From an uncultured virus (IMG/VR IMGVR_UViG_3300031951_000033) (taxonomy: Duplodnaviria; Heunggongvirae; Uroviricota; Caudoviricetes), in the IMG/VR virus record IMGVR_UViG_3300031951_000033: a stretch of DNA of 64,000 bases, one strand, 5' to 3'. A model generated the notes under the pieces. It had not been told where the DNA came from. It was given only the letters and a program-made list of their open reading frames with translations, and did not search any database. Position 1 is the stretch's first letter, and each line of letters begins with the position of its first letter. Of the stretch, positions 29,341 through 37,625 are shown in pieces. The position numbers and the translations under genes were made by a program.

Positions 29341-31043
29341 TTTGTTGAGAGCCATTTGACTATGTCTTCTGGATCTGGCATCCACTTTTCTATGTTAGAC
29401 GGGTCTGTCTCATTCGCAGATACCTCTACCGTCTGTATTAGGCAGTCGTCCTGTACGTCCCACATGCCGCCATTCTGAAAAAAGCTCATATTGTGGCCGT
29501 ATTCTATACGGCCATTATTAGATCTCCAGTGTTTTATGTTGTCTGGATGCTTACATGTAGTTATTACGGCTATTTTACCATCGTGGGCTGCTGCCATGTG
29601 AAGCGGCATAGAATCATTAGTCACTATTTTAGGGACATTCTTGGTTAGCCAAGAAAACTCCAATATATCTAATTTTGATCTAAGATCTATGCAGCCGGTA
29701 TTGTCTACGTCGACTGTTGTTACGTCTTTTTGTTGAGGCAATTTTCCAACTAAAACTGGAATAAATCCTTTTTCTTTTATGCTGCGTAGAACAGAATTCC
29801 AAAATTGTGGCGAGTACGTCTTTGTTTGCCAGTGGCTACCAGCATGAACAAGTATTTTTGACGCAGAGGTGCATATTTCGTCCATGACTTGCTTAGATGG
29901 CTGTTTTGTTGATATCTTTGGTTGTCTGTACTCTAACGGTAATTGCCTTTTTAGTGTTATCAAGGAAACAAAGTCTACAGGATTTACTGAGAAGTGGTTA
30001 ACAAAATCCCATGGCAGTGAGTCTGGTTTGGGCATGGTGTCGAACCTCAAATATTGATCCCAGTCTATTGATGGATTGTCGTCATGATTAAGGTTCGCCT
30101 GTAAATCTAAATGAGAGAATATAGCCGGATTAAAAGATATCGCTGTTAATTTAATATACGGCCATTTTTCTTTTATGTATCTCATCGTTGGTTCGGCACA
30201 TATCTCGTCGCCTATGCCTCCGCCTACAATAAAAATCCAATTATGGTGAACATTGTTTGCTACAGCTTTTTGTACTCTATATGCCGGAGCAACATGGCTA
30301 GGTAGGACCAGCTGCTTGTCCTGTTTGCTCCAATAATGGTGTCTTGGGCTGTTACTTTTCCATATATCCACATCATTCTGTATTACTTTTAGCAATTGAT
30401 CTTCGGGCGTGTGTAGAGCCATGCCGGCATAGTGCAAAAAATAAGAATTAAAGCGTTCGGCGTCTATGTGCTGATCTAGCCACGGCATGCGATTAAACTT
30501 TAAATCTATCTCAAATACTTTGTGGTCGGTGTAGTCTATCATCGCGTTTAGATACGACTGTTCAAAAAAGTGTTCTACTTCTAGTTCAGGTTTCACAAAT
30601 ATATTTCTGTGCTGTTTAGAAACAAGCATTACTCCCGTATTGTAATACTTGTTTTTCCAACGCGAAAAGTCGTAACCAGTGGTCTTACAAAAATCCTCAA
30701 ATTGATAAAATCGATCTTTCTGGTACTTCCCTTCTTCAAAGATGCCGACACAGTTTACTGGAACTATTTTAAATAAATCGGGCGCGTCATCGCGTATTAT
30801 TATGTCAGTGTCTATATAGAGAACTCTGTCGTACTGCTCTAAAAGATCAGCAATATCGAGTTTTTTGTAATGGGGCATACAATGATTGTTGGCATCTGTC
30901 CATTTTATAAAGTCTGCGCCGATTTTGTCAGCGTATGCCTTTATTGTTGGATGCGTTATCTTTGACATCTCGGAGTAAAAATCTCCAATCGCTATTGTCA
31001 CAACTGCTATTTTGTCCATGGATATTTGCCTTTTCTGGTCCAA
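29337..31043 (-). CDS. Two-domain glycosyltransferase (GT8-like + GT9/heptosyltransferase-like); start may be 31019
   Basis: GT-A motifs YIDTDII, YNTGVML, EQSYLN, HYAG; GT9 motifs GGIGDEI, NDSMPLHMAAA. Confidence 0.8.
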   Translation of the reverse strand: MDQKRQISMDKIAVVTIAIGDFYSEMSKITHPTIKAYADKIGADFIKWTDANNHCMPHYKKLDIADLLEQYDRVLYIDTDIIIRDDAPDLFKIVPVNCVGIFEEGKYQKDRFYQFEDFCKTTGYDFSRWKNKYYNTGVMLVSKQHRNIFVKPELEVEHFFEQSYLNAMIDYTDHKVFEIDLKFNRMPWLDQHIDAERFNSYFLHYAGMALHTPEDQLLKVIQNDVDIWKSNSPRHHYWSKQDKQLVLPSHVAPAYRVQKAVANNVHHNWIFIVGGGIGDEICAEPTMRYIKEKWPYIKLTAISFNPAIFSHLDLQANLNHDDNPSIDWDQYLRFDTMPKPDSLPWDFVNHFSVNPVDFVSLITLKRQLPLEYRQPKISTKQPSKQVMDEICTSASKILVHAGSHWQTKTYSPQFWNSVLRSIKEKGFIPVLVGKLPQQKDVTTVDVDNTGCIDLRSKLDILEFSWLTKNVPKIVTNDSMPLHMAAAHDGKIAVITTCKHPDNIKHWRSNNGRIEYGHNMSFFQNGGMWDVQDDCLIQTVEVSANETDPSNIEKWMPDPEDIVKWLSTN

Positions 31044-31669
31044 AGATCTACGTATTTTTGTGCTTCTTTTATGGCAGTTTCTTTGCCTTTATTGTCTGTT
31101 GTTACGTTTATATGTTTGATTTGATTGGCGTTGTTCTCTGTTATTATTCCGCCTAATCTGGCGCCGTATTTAGCAGCGTGAAGACTCACTATATATTCGT
31201 CAAGTATAAAACTTCTTTTTATGGTTTTAAAGCCTGCTAATGCCTCTTGTCTATCAAAAGACAAAATATCGTTTTTCCATATTTGCGGTACGACCAAAAA
31301 ATTTGTAGCTATGCCACGATATTGCCCAAATCTGTCAAAATACTCATGCTCGCCGAACAGATTTTTGGCATCATAGCTCATCCACGCGCCGATCGTAGTA
31401 CTGGATATGATTCTAGTTATGTCCCAGAAATCCGGATGAATGATCATGTCCGCATCTACTATCAGTACATAATCTGCCTCTGATTTGACGGCTTGCAGCT
31501 TTTCTACTGTAACCGGAAATCCGTAATGCTCGCGCGTATACTCTCTAGAGGAGATAATGGTCATTTTTCCGCCTATCTTTTTAGCGTAAGCATCGATAGT
31601 TGGAAGAGATATCTCGCACAGCTCTGGAAAGTAATTATCTATGTTGACAACAAAAATTTCAGCTTTCAC
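31007..31669 (-). CDS. GT-A fold glycosyltransferase-like protein, paralog of the adjacent GT N-domain
   Basis: DxD (IVDADMII); EISLPTIDAYAKKIG vs KITHPTIKAYADKIG. Confidence 0.65.
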   Translation of the reverse strand: MKAEIFVVNIDNYFPELCEISLPTIDAYAKKIGGKMTIISSREYTREHYGFPVTVEKLQAVKSEADYVLIVDADMIIHPDFWDITRIISSTTIGAWMSYDAKNLFGEHEYFDRFGQYRGIATNFLVVPQIWKNDILSFDRQEALAGFKTIKRSFILDEYIVSLHAAKYGARLGGIITENNANQIKHINVTTDNKGKETAIKEAQKYVDLWTRKGKYPWTK

Positions 31670-31709
31670 CTTGTCTTTATACCCGTATCTGTTTCAAGTT
31701 GTTTCTTCG

Positions 31710-32072
31710 TTAAATATCAGAAAATAAAAAAGCTGTCATGTCTATAGTGCAATGCTTGTCCAGCTTGTTGTCTTGCGCATACTTATCAGACCAGTGAATA
31801 GTTACGCTGACAACGGTCTTGTTGTCGAAGTTAACGTCTATCTTGACGCCCGGATCTATAGTCATAAGTTGTTTTTCTAGTGAATTAGCTGACAACCCAA
31901 CAAACATCATCGCTGCTTCCCCCAATTTTGCGGTCATTTCTTCTGCTTCCTTCAAGAACCGCATCGCATAATTAACCGCGTCTTTATTGGTAGCGCTTTT
32001 CTCGCGCATCTCCTTACGCTTGTTTGCTTTGTTGCGTATCCGCTCAAGCATATCGTTCTTAACTTTGCTCAT
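31710..32072 (-). CDS. Hypothetical protein
   Basis: 120-aa ORF overlapping the primase stop; AGAGG SD. Confidence 0.6.
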   Translation of the reverse strand: MSKVKNDMLERIRNKANKRKEMREKSATNKDAVNYAMRFLKEAEEMTAKLGEAAMMFVGLSANSLEKQLMTIDPGVKIDVNFDNKTVVSVTIHWSDKYAQDNKLDKHCTIDMTAFLFSDI

Positions 32073-32952
32073 CTGGCCTCTTCTCTATCTTCGACAAGAA
32101 AAACTTTGCCAGTTCTTTGTGGCCCAGTTGTTTGAGCATGTCGTTCCAGTCTTTCTCTGTGTCGCCCGTAAGAGCAAAGTGCGTCATAGCCTTACCGCTT
32201 ATAAACTTGTGCAGCATCTTGAAGCCCGCAGGATCGGTGTCTGGTGCTATTACGACCTTTAAGCCATTGCCCATGAGTTCTTGCAGCGCCTCTATGTGGT
32301 GCGCGGATCCTCCAGAACCAGAACAGGCCATGACGCGCCACGGGTTCTTAGAGATGCCTCCGTACGTCGCGTTAAGGCTTTGCATGATGGACAGAGCGTT
32401 GAACGCGCCCTCTGTTACTATCACTCCCTTGACGTCTCCCATGAATCTAGACTGGTTCCAACCGTAGAACAGCAGCCCAAGTCTTGTGCCTGGAAGTGTA
32501 GTGATTTTCCACGGCTCACCGTCAGAGCCTATGCGCTCCTCGATAAAGCGTACCTGTGCACCGCAGAAATGCTTGTCATAGTAGTACGGAAAAACGATAC
32601 CGTTGTCCTCGAGGTCATAGTACATGTCGCCGTCCATGGTAAGACCTCTGCTGCGCACGTACTCAACTCCGTTAGCTGCCCTAGGATCGGAGAGCGGGAC
32701 AAAGCTAGATGGCCACGAGATGGCCCTAACCTCGTTCGGCTTAGACTCCTCGAACGTAAAATCACACTTAAGAAACTCTTCTAGGTCAATGCCGGCAATC
32801 GCACAGTACTGCTGCAACGAGTAACCTCGCTGGCACACACCTTGGCACCAGACCCACAGCTCGCCGGTCTCAGAGTCTTTGTGCCAGTACAGGCAATCGT
32901 TTTTCTTTCCGCCCTTACAGATAAGGCATTTTCTACTCTGAAGCATGCTCAT
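32059..32952 (-). CDS. DNA primase (Zn finger + TOPRIM)
   Basis: CxxC...CxxxC; YVRSRGL; VTEG; APDTDPAG; KDWNDML. Confidence 0.85.
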   Translation of the reverse strand: MSMLQSRKCLICKGGKKNDCLYWHKDSETGELWVWCQGVCQRGYSLQQYCAIAGIDLEEFLKCDFTFEESKPNEVRAISWPSSFVPLSDPRAANGVEYVRSRGLTMDGDMYYDLEDNGIVFPYYYDKHFCGAQVRFIEERIGSDGEPWKITTLPGTRLGLLFYGWNQSRFMGDVKGVIVTEGAFNALSIMQSLNATYGGISKNPWRVMACSGSGGSAHHIEALQELMGNGLKVVIAPDTDPAGFKMLHKFISGKAMTHFALTGDTEKDWNDMLKQLGHKELAKFFLSKIEKRPDEQS

Positions 32953-33959
32953 TGCTTAAGTGCTCCATCTGCTTTGCCAGCGACCTCGTCGATTCTTGCT
33001 TGTGCCATCTGCTCAGGCGTTAGTTGTTTGAGGTATCTACCGCGCTCGAACGGGCATATAAGTCTTGTCCCTGTTCTGCCGAATCGATCTTTGTGGATAA
33101 TGAACTCAGTGCACGACTCCTCAAAGTTGGGAATCATCTCGATAATGACTGTCGCGGGCTCGACGATCGCAGAGCACTCCTTGATGCGCGTGTCGATGTC
33201 GTGACCTTTTGCCTGGCGCTTGCTCTGAGAGTAAAGCTGAACAAACAGCACTACGGGCGCGTTGGAGCTCTTGATGTACACGTTTAGAAAGCTACGAAAG
33301 TCGTTTAGAACGTCGTAAGCCTTTCTAGTAGCGTCGTTTGCTGACTGCTTGATATTCTGAAAGTAGTCAATAAGGATACAGGCGTAGTCGGCGCTTTTGG
33401 CTTGATCCATAGCGTTCTTTACGCACTCCACCTTGGAAGTAAAGCCGTTCTTAAATGAGACATCGATGACGTGAACGTACTTGCCTATCTCCTCAAAGAG
33501 ACTGATAGCCTGCAATTGCTGCTCTTTGGGCATCATGCCCTTCTTGTAATCGTTGAAGTTAAAGCCGAGCTCCAGACACGCGATTCTTAGAAGAATATCG
33601 TGCGCAGGCTCTTCGTTCGACACCACTAAGATCTTCTTCTTCTGTTTGAGCAGGGGATACGTGATATTGGCCGCAGCCGTAGACTTACCGTTACCGGTGA
33701 AAGCGCACATTAGATACAGGTTCTCGCGGGTGAACGGGATAGCTGCTGTAAGCGACTCGTTTATAAAGATGAGCCTCTCATTCAACATCCTGTTGTATTT
33801 CTGGATGTCTACGACCATCTGACTGAGCGATTTCTTGTCGCCCATTGCCTGAATCTCATCTAAGGTGACAGATTCAGTCGGTGCCAGATTCTTGTTGCCG
33901 GTGAGGGTGTTCATTATTGTCTGTTGCTGTTCTTTACTTAGTTTCATTTTCGCCCTCAT
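32949..33959 (-). CDS. DnaB-like (SF4) replicative helicase
   Basis: Walker A FTGNGKST; SNEE; ILIDYFQ; FVQL; IHKDRFG; adjacent to primase. Confidence 0.85.
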   Translation of the reverse strand: MRAKMKLSKEQQQTIMNTLTGNKNLAPTESVTLDEIQAMGDKKSLSQMVVDIQKYNRMLNERLIFINESLTAAIPFTRENLYLMCAFTGNGKSTAAANITYPLLKQKKKILVVSNEEPAHDILLRIACLELGFNFNDYKKGMMPKEQQLQAISLFEEIGKYVHVIDVSFKNGFTSKVECVKNAMDQAKSADYACILIDYFQNIKQSANDATRKAYDVLNDFRSFLNVYIKSSNAPVVLFVQLYSQSKRQAKGHDIDTRIKECSAIVEPATVIIEMIPNFEESCTEFIIHKDRFGRTGTRLICPFERGRYLKQLTPEQMAQARIDEVAGKADGALKQ

Positions 33960-34488
33960 TGCTACCGAAGAAATTGTTGAGTTCTGCGTCTGCTAGATCA
34001 GAGGACGTCAGCTGCTTTTCAAGTTCAGATGTGTCAAGGACAGGAAATGATTCTGCGTATTTTCTCTGTAACTTGTACTCCATCTCTGACATATTGCCGT
34101 ACATCCTTGATGCCGTTGTCTCGTCTTGCTGGTCGTCTAGGGCGCCGTCTTTCAGCCAATCTGGGTAGCAGTCAAAAAAGGCGTTGTTGCCTTTGTTCTC
34201 TATATTCTGCAACCAGTCTTTGCAGAAATCGGCGTATTTTCGCTTTTTCTTCTTGCTGGGATCCAGCAGAAACCACGTTCTTTTAAGAACCTCATCTGTA
34301 GGTTGGTGTGCCTTGATAGCGCGCGGAAGTATGTTCAACGCTTGCTCTAAAGGTATCTGGTAGCTCTTGAGATATATGAAAAGATTTACAAAATTATCAT
34401 ACACCTTGCTAGACGATCTGTCTATGCTTGCTAGGTCTGTTTTCCACTTGAGAAAGATGATCTCTGCTTGAGAATTAGAGTCTTGCAT
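33934..34488 (-). CDS. Hypothetical protein in primase-helicase operon
   Basis: 184-aa ORF with GGAGG SD, overlapping both neighbours. Confidence 0.6.
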   Translation of the reverse strand: MQDSNSQAEIIFLKWKTDLASIDRSSSKVYDNFVNLFIYLKSYQIPLEQALNILPRAIKAHQPTDEVLKRTWFLLDPSKKKKRKYADFCKDWLQNIENKGNNAFFDCYPDWLKDGALDDQQDETTASRMYGNMSEMEYKLQRKYAESFPVLDTSELEKQLTSSDLADAELNNFFGSNEGENETK

Positions 34489-34690
34489 CGCCGACCTCCT
34501 TCATTCCCAGAGTCTGAGATTCGTTGGTCCTTATGTTCGTGACGCGTATTTTTGCAGTATTGTTATCTTTGTCTATGAACAAAAGATCGATCTGATACTC
34601 GTCGTTGACTATGAACGGACGAGTTTTAGATAACCACCAGTATAATGAACTTTTTAGCTTGTCGGCATAAGACATAAAAATTTCTCCCAA
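34475..34690 (-). CDS. Small hypothetical protein (likely start ATG 34675)
   Basis: First gene after the minus-strand TATAAT; GGAG before the ATG. Confidence 0.55.
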   Translation of the reverse strand: MGEIFMSYADKLKSSLYWWLSKTRPFIVNDEYQIDLLFIDKDNNTAKIRVTNIRTNESQTLGMKEVGDARL

Positions 34691-34705
34691 AAAAATCTGC
34701 CAGGT

Positions 34706-34754
34706 TCATTATACGATCGGATACGGAAACTATCGCTGTTTTTTCGTATAATGA
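34706..34754. promoter_or_regulatory. Back-to-back divergent -10 promoters forming an 11-bp inverted repeat
   Basis: TCATTATACGA (34706-34716) / TCGTATAATGA (34744-34754) between divergent operons. Confidence 0.75.
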
Positions 34755-34760
34755 TGATAC

Positions 34761-36164
34761 ATGAATGATACCAAGATGACGGTTCTCACAAACGCAAAAA
34801 TTACGGTGCATGCCCCAAGCAAAGAGATATTAGCTTTCGCCAAGACGCAGTTGTCATACACTGACAAGTCAAAAGAGTATCAGCTCAACAAGATGGCCAG
34901 TAGCGCGTGGGGACGCAACTCTCCGCTCTTCACTAAACTTAAGTCTGAGGTGTCTGGTCAACTATATAAGTACGATCCAGTCTCTTCGGTGTTAGAGTTC
35001 AGTTCCGGTTTCTACGAGCTATTTTCCAACCAGTTTCCGGGTCTTCCCGTAGAGGACAGGCGATGCGAGACAGGCAGCGTTATCGCGCTACCTTGGGCTG
35101 ACAAGCCTTACGACATGAGGCCTTATCAAGAAGAAGCCGTCGAGCTCATGCTATCATCCAGGAGAGGTGTGGTCAACTTCGCGACAGGTTTAGGAAAAAC
35201 GCTGCTCAGCGTGCACCTGATAAAGCGCAACAAGAAGCGCGCGCTCGTGGTCTGCCCAAGCGAATCTGTCGCCTCGCAGTTCTTCTCTATCCTCGAGAAG
35301 TCGTTCGGCTCTAACAGGGTGGGTTTTTACGGAGATGGCAAGAAGAAAATAAAGGACATAACGGTGGGTATTGCCGCATCTATATCCAAGAACGTCACCG
35401 AGTTTGCTAATAACGACCTAGGGCTTGTCATAGTGGACGAGACACACCACACGCCCGCCAGTACCTTCTACGCTATAGCCGAAGGTCTCGGGGACGTCGG
35501 CAAGATGTTCGGTCTCACGGCAACGGATTACAGATCAGACGGTAAAGACATAATGATCACCGGCGGATGCGGTCCTGTCATAATAAGAAGAGATATAAAA
35601 TGGGGTGTGGACAACGGCTGGCTGGCAGAGCCGTACTTCATAGTTCAGTCTGTCGAGACTACGGGCAGAGATATCAAGGGCGACAAGCTAAAGAACTACA
35701 AAGAGCATGTTCTCAACTGCCCGGTAATGAAAGCCCGCATAGAAGATGACTGCCGCAAGATGATGGCGGCCGGTAAGTCTGTGCTGTGTCTCGTGGATGA
35801 AGTCGCTCACGGACAAGAGCTGTCTAGGGCTTTGGGCATACCGTTCGCGACAGGCAAGGACAAGCAGTCCCAGGAGTACGTTGAGCAGCTGAACGACGGC
35901 AAGATCCCTGGTCTTATAGGCACAGACGGAAAGATAGGCGAGGGCAGCGACACCAAGAACGTGGACGTGCTGATCCTTGCCAACTTCACCGTATCCAAGG
36001 GTCCTGTAATACAGGCGGTAGGAAGAGGCCTGCGAAAGCAGGGAACCAAAACAAAGTGCGTAATTCTTGACTATATTCCTAAGGGATCTACCATGCTTAC
36101 CAGGCATGCCATGATGCGCGTAAAGATATACAGAGAGATAACCGGTAAGGTCAAACTAAATTAG
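34761..36164 (+). CDS. SF2 DNA helicase (UvsW-like)
   Basis: RPYQ Q-motif; ATGLGKT; DETHH; GLTAT; QAVGRGLR. Confidence 0.9.
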   Translation: MNDTKMTVLTNAKITVHAPSKEILAFAKTQLSYTDKSKEYQLNKMASSAWGRNSPLFTKLKSEVSGQLYKYDPVSSVLEFSSGFYELFSNQFPGLPVEDRRCETGSVIALPWADKPYDMRPYQEEAVELMLSSRRGVVNFATGLGKTLLSVHLIKRNKKRALVVCPSESVASQFFSILEKSFGSNRVGFYGDGKKKIKDITVGIAASISKNVTEFANNDLGLVIVDETHHTPASTFYAIAEGLGDVGKMFGLTATDYRSDGKDIMITGGCGPVIIRRDIKWGVDNGWLAEPYFIVQSVETTGRDIKGDKLKNYKEHVLNCPVMKARIEDDCRKMMAAGKSVLCLVDEVAHGQELSRALGIPFATGKDKQSQEYVEQLNDGKIPGLIGTDGKIGEGSDTKNVDVLILANFTVSKGPVIQAVGRGLRKQGTKTKCVILDYIPKGSTMLTRHAMMRVKIYREITGKVKLN

Positions 36165-36209
36165 TCAACCTGACTTTTATGTCCGCTCGGATGATATAAT
36201 GTTATCCGT

Positions 36210-36662
36210 ATGCAGAATTTTAAGCCAGAAGATAAGATCTCCAAGTACTTCACCTACAAGGAATTCCTGTTCCTTCCATCTTGGAACCGCATGGGCGATG
36301 CCTCTGACGGTCTTACAGAGGAAGTCCTTAATCGCCTGAAGAGCATGGCCCAGAAGATGGACCTCGTCAGAGAGTTCCTAGGCGTTCCCGTAAAGATGCA
36401 CGTTGCCTGGAGGCCTGATGCGTACAACAAGCTCATAGGCGGAGCCACTAACAGTACTCACCGTGCCGCTGCCGGTGTAGATGCGGCATGCGATTTCAGT
36501 GCAAAAGGCCTTACGTGCGACGAGGTCAAGAAGAGAATCCTTGATGCCAAAAAGCTAGAAGAGTGGGATCTGCGCATGGAAGATAACGGCGCCGGTGCAA
36601 GCTGGGTTCACTTGGATACTCGCAAGCCCGCACAGGGCAGACCACGCTTCTTCAAGCCCTGA
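36210..36662 (+). CDS. Peptidase M15A-family Zn peptidase (candidate endolysin)
   Basis: WRPDAYNKLIGGATNSTH...AACD...WVHLD. Confidence 0.8.
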   Translation: MQNFKPEDKISKYFTYKEFLFLPSWNRMGDASDGLTEEVLNRLKSMAQKMDLVREFLGVPVKMHVAWRPDAYNKLIGGATNSTHRAAAGVDAACDFSAKGLTCDEVKKRILDAKKLEEWDLRMEDNGAGASWVHLDTRKPAQGRPRFFKP

Positions 36663-36682
36663 GTCCGCGGGTATCCTTACAG

Positions 36683-36760
36683 GCCCAGGTAGCTTAACTG
36701 ATAGAGCCTTGCTGCTCACGGGCGCAAGAGGTGCTGGTTTGAATCCAGTCTTGGGCGCCC
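36683..36760 (+). ncRNA. tRNA-like element with aberrant anticodon arm (isotype undetermined)
   Basis: Acceptor GCCCAGG/CTTGGGC, U8A9, D-stem GCTT/GAGC, T-arm GCTGG-TTTGAAT-CCAGT; anticodon stem CTTGC/GCAAG closes 11 nt; ends GCCC. Confidence 0.65.
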
Positions 36761-36815
36761 TTACTTCTAAAGTGAGCTCACCCTTTCCTTCCTTTTTCTG
36801 AAAAACTCCCACCCT

Positions 36816-36859
36816 TCACGGCACGAAGTGCCGTGACACCCTGCGGCGCTACGCGCCGC
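36816..36859. repeat. Two adjacent perfect GC-rich hairpins with 3-nt loops
   Basis: TCACGGCAC-GAA-GTGCCGTGA (36816-36836); GCGGCGC-TAC-GCGCCGC (36843-36859). Confidence 0.85.
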
Positions 36860-37068
36860 GTAAGCTCACACCAGCTGATGTAAGCCTAGACAAAATTTTC
36901 ACTAAAAAACTTAAAATTAGATTTTTTGGGTAAGAGAAGGGAAGGGTAGGGGTGTTTACGCTTTAGGATTATACCCGCGAGGCACTAGTTTTTTACTCAA
37001 AAAATTAAAACAAAATTTATTTTTACCGCTTTGATTAGGTATCTGCGGCGTCTACGTATAATCTTGCA

Positions 37069-37605
37069 ATGGAAAATACTAATATGACTGAGATCGAACA
37101 GGCGCGCATTAAACTTATGAAGTTGAGAGAAGAAACTTTCAAGATAGAAGTCGAAGTTTTGGAAGATGGAAAGATGCCCACGAAAGCGCATGCCAGCGAC
37201 GCTGGTTTCGATCTGTACGCCACTGCCGATATCGTTATCTACCCAGGGCAAGTTCAGAAGCATCCGCTCAATATCAAGTTTGCTCTGCCAAAAAACTGCT
37301 GGGCAGAGATCGCATCTAAGTCTGGGCTCGGCAGCAAGGGTTTGCTAGTGTATGCCGGCGTGATCGATCAGGAGTATCGCGGCATCCCTCACGTGGTGAT
37401 GTCTAATATCAACGTTATCAGTCACATTGATGAAGAGGGTTATCCGATAATGCGTACTGAACCCATCGTTGTAAGAAAAGGCGAGAAGCTAGCTCAGCTG
37501 ATCATGAATCCCTACTCTGATCAGTTCTACATGGAGCAAGTGGAATCTGTGAGTACTGATACTGCAAGATCTACAGGCGGTTTTGGTTCCACTGGTGTTA
37601 ATTAG
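37069..37605 (+). CDS. dut: Trimeric dUTPase
   Basis: AGFDLY, KSG, GVIDQEYRG, KLAQL, RSTGGFGSTG. Confidence 0.95.
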   Translation: MENTNMTEIEQARIKLMKLREETFKIEVEVLEDGKMPTKAHASDAGFDLYATADIVIYPGQVQKHPLNIKFALPKNCWAEIASKSGLGSKGLLVYAGVIDQEYRGIPHVVMSNINVISHIDEEGYPIMRTEPIVVRKGEKLAQLIMNPYSDQFYMEQVESVSTDTARSTGGFGSTGVN

Positions 37606-37625
37606 CTAGGTATAATCCCTACTCG

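Noticed and set aside
36683..36760. Selenocysteine or opal-suppressor tRNA (TCA in loop)
   Set aside because: No long variable arm or extended acceptor stem; TCA is not in a canonical U33 7-nt loop; no in-frame TGA genes seen
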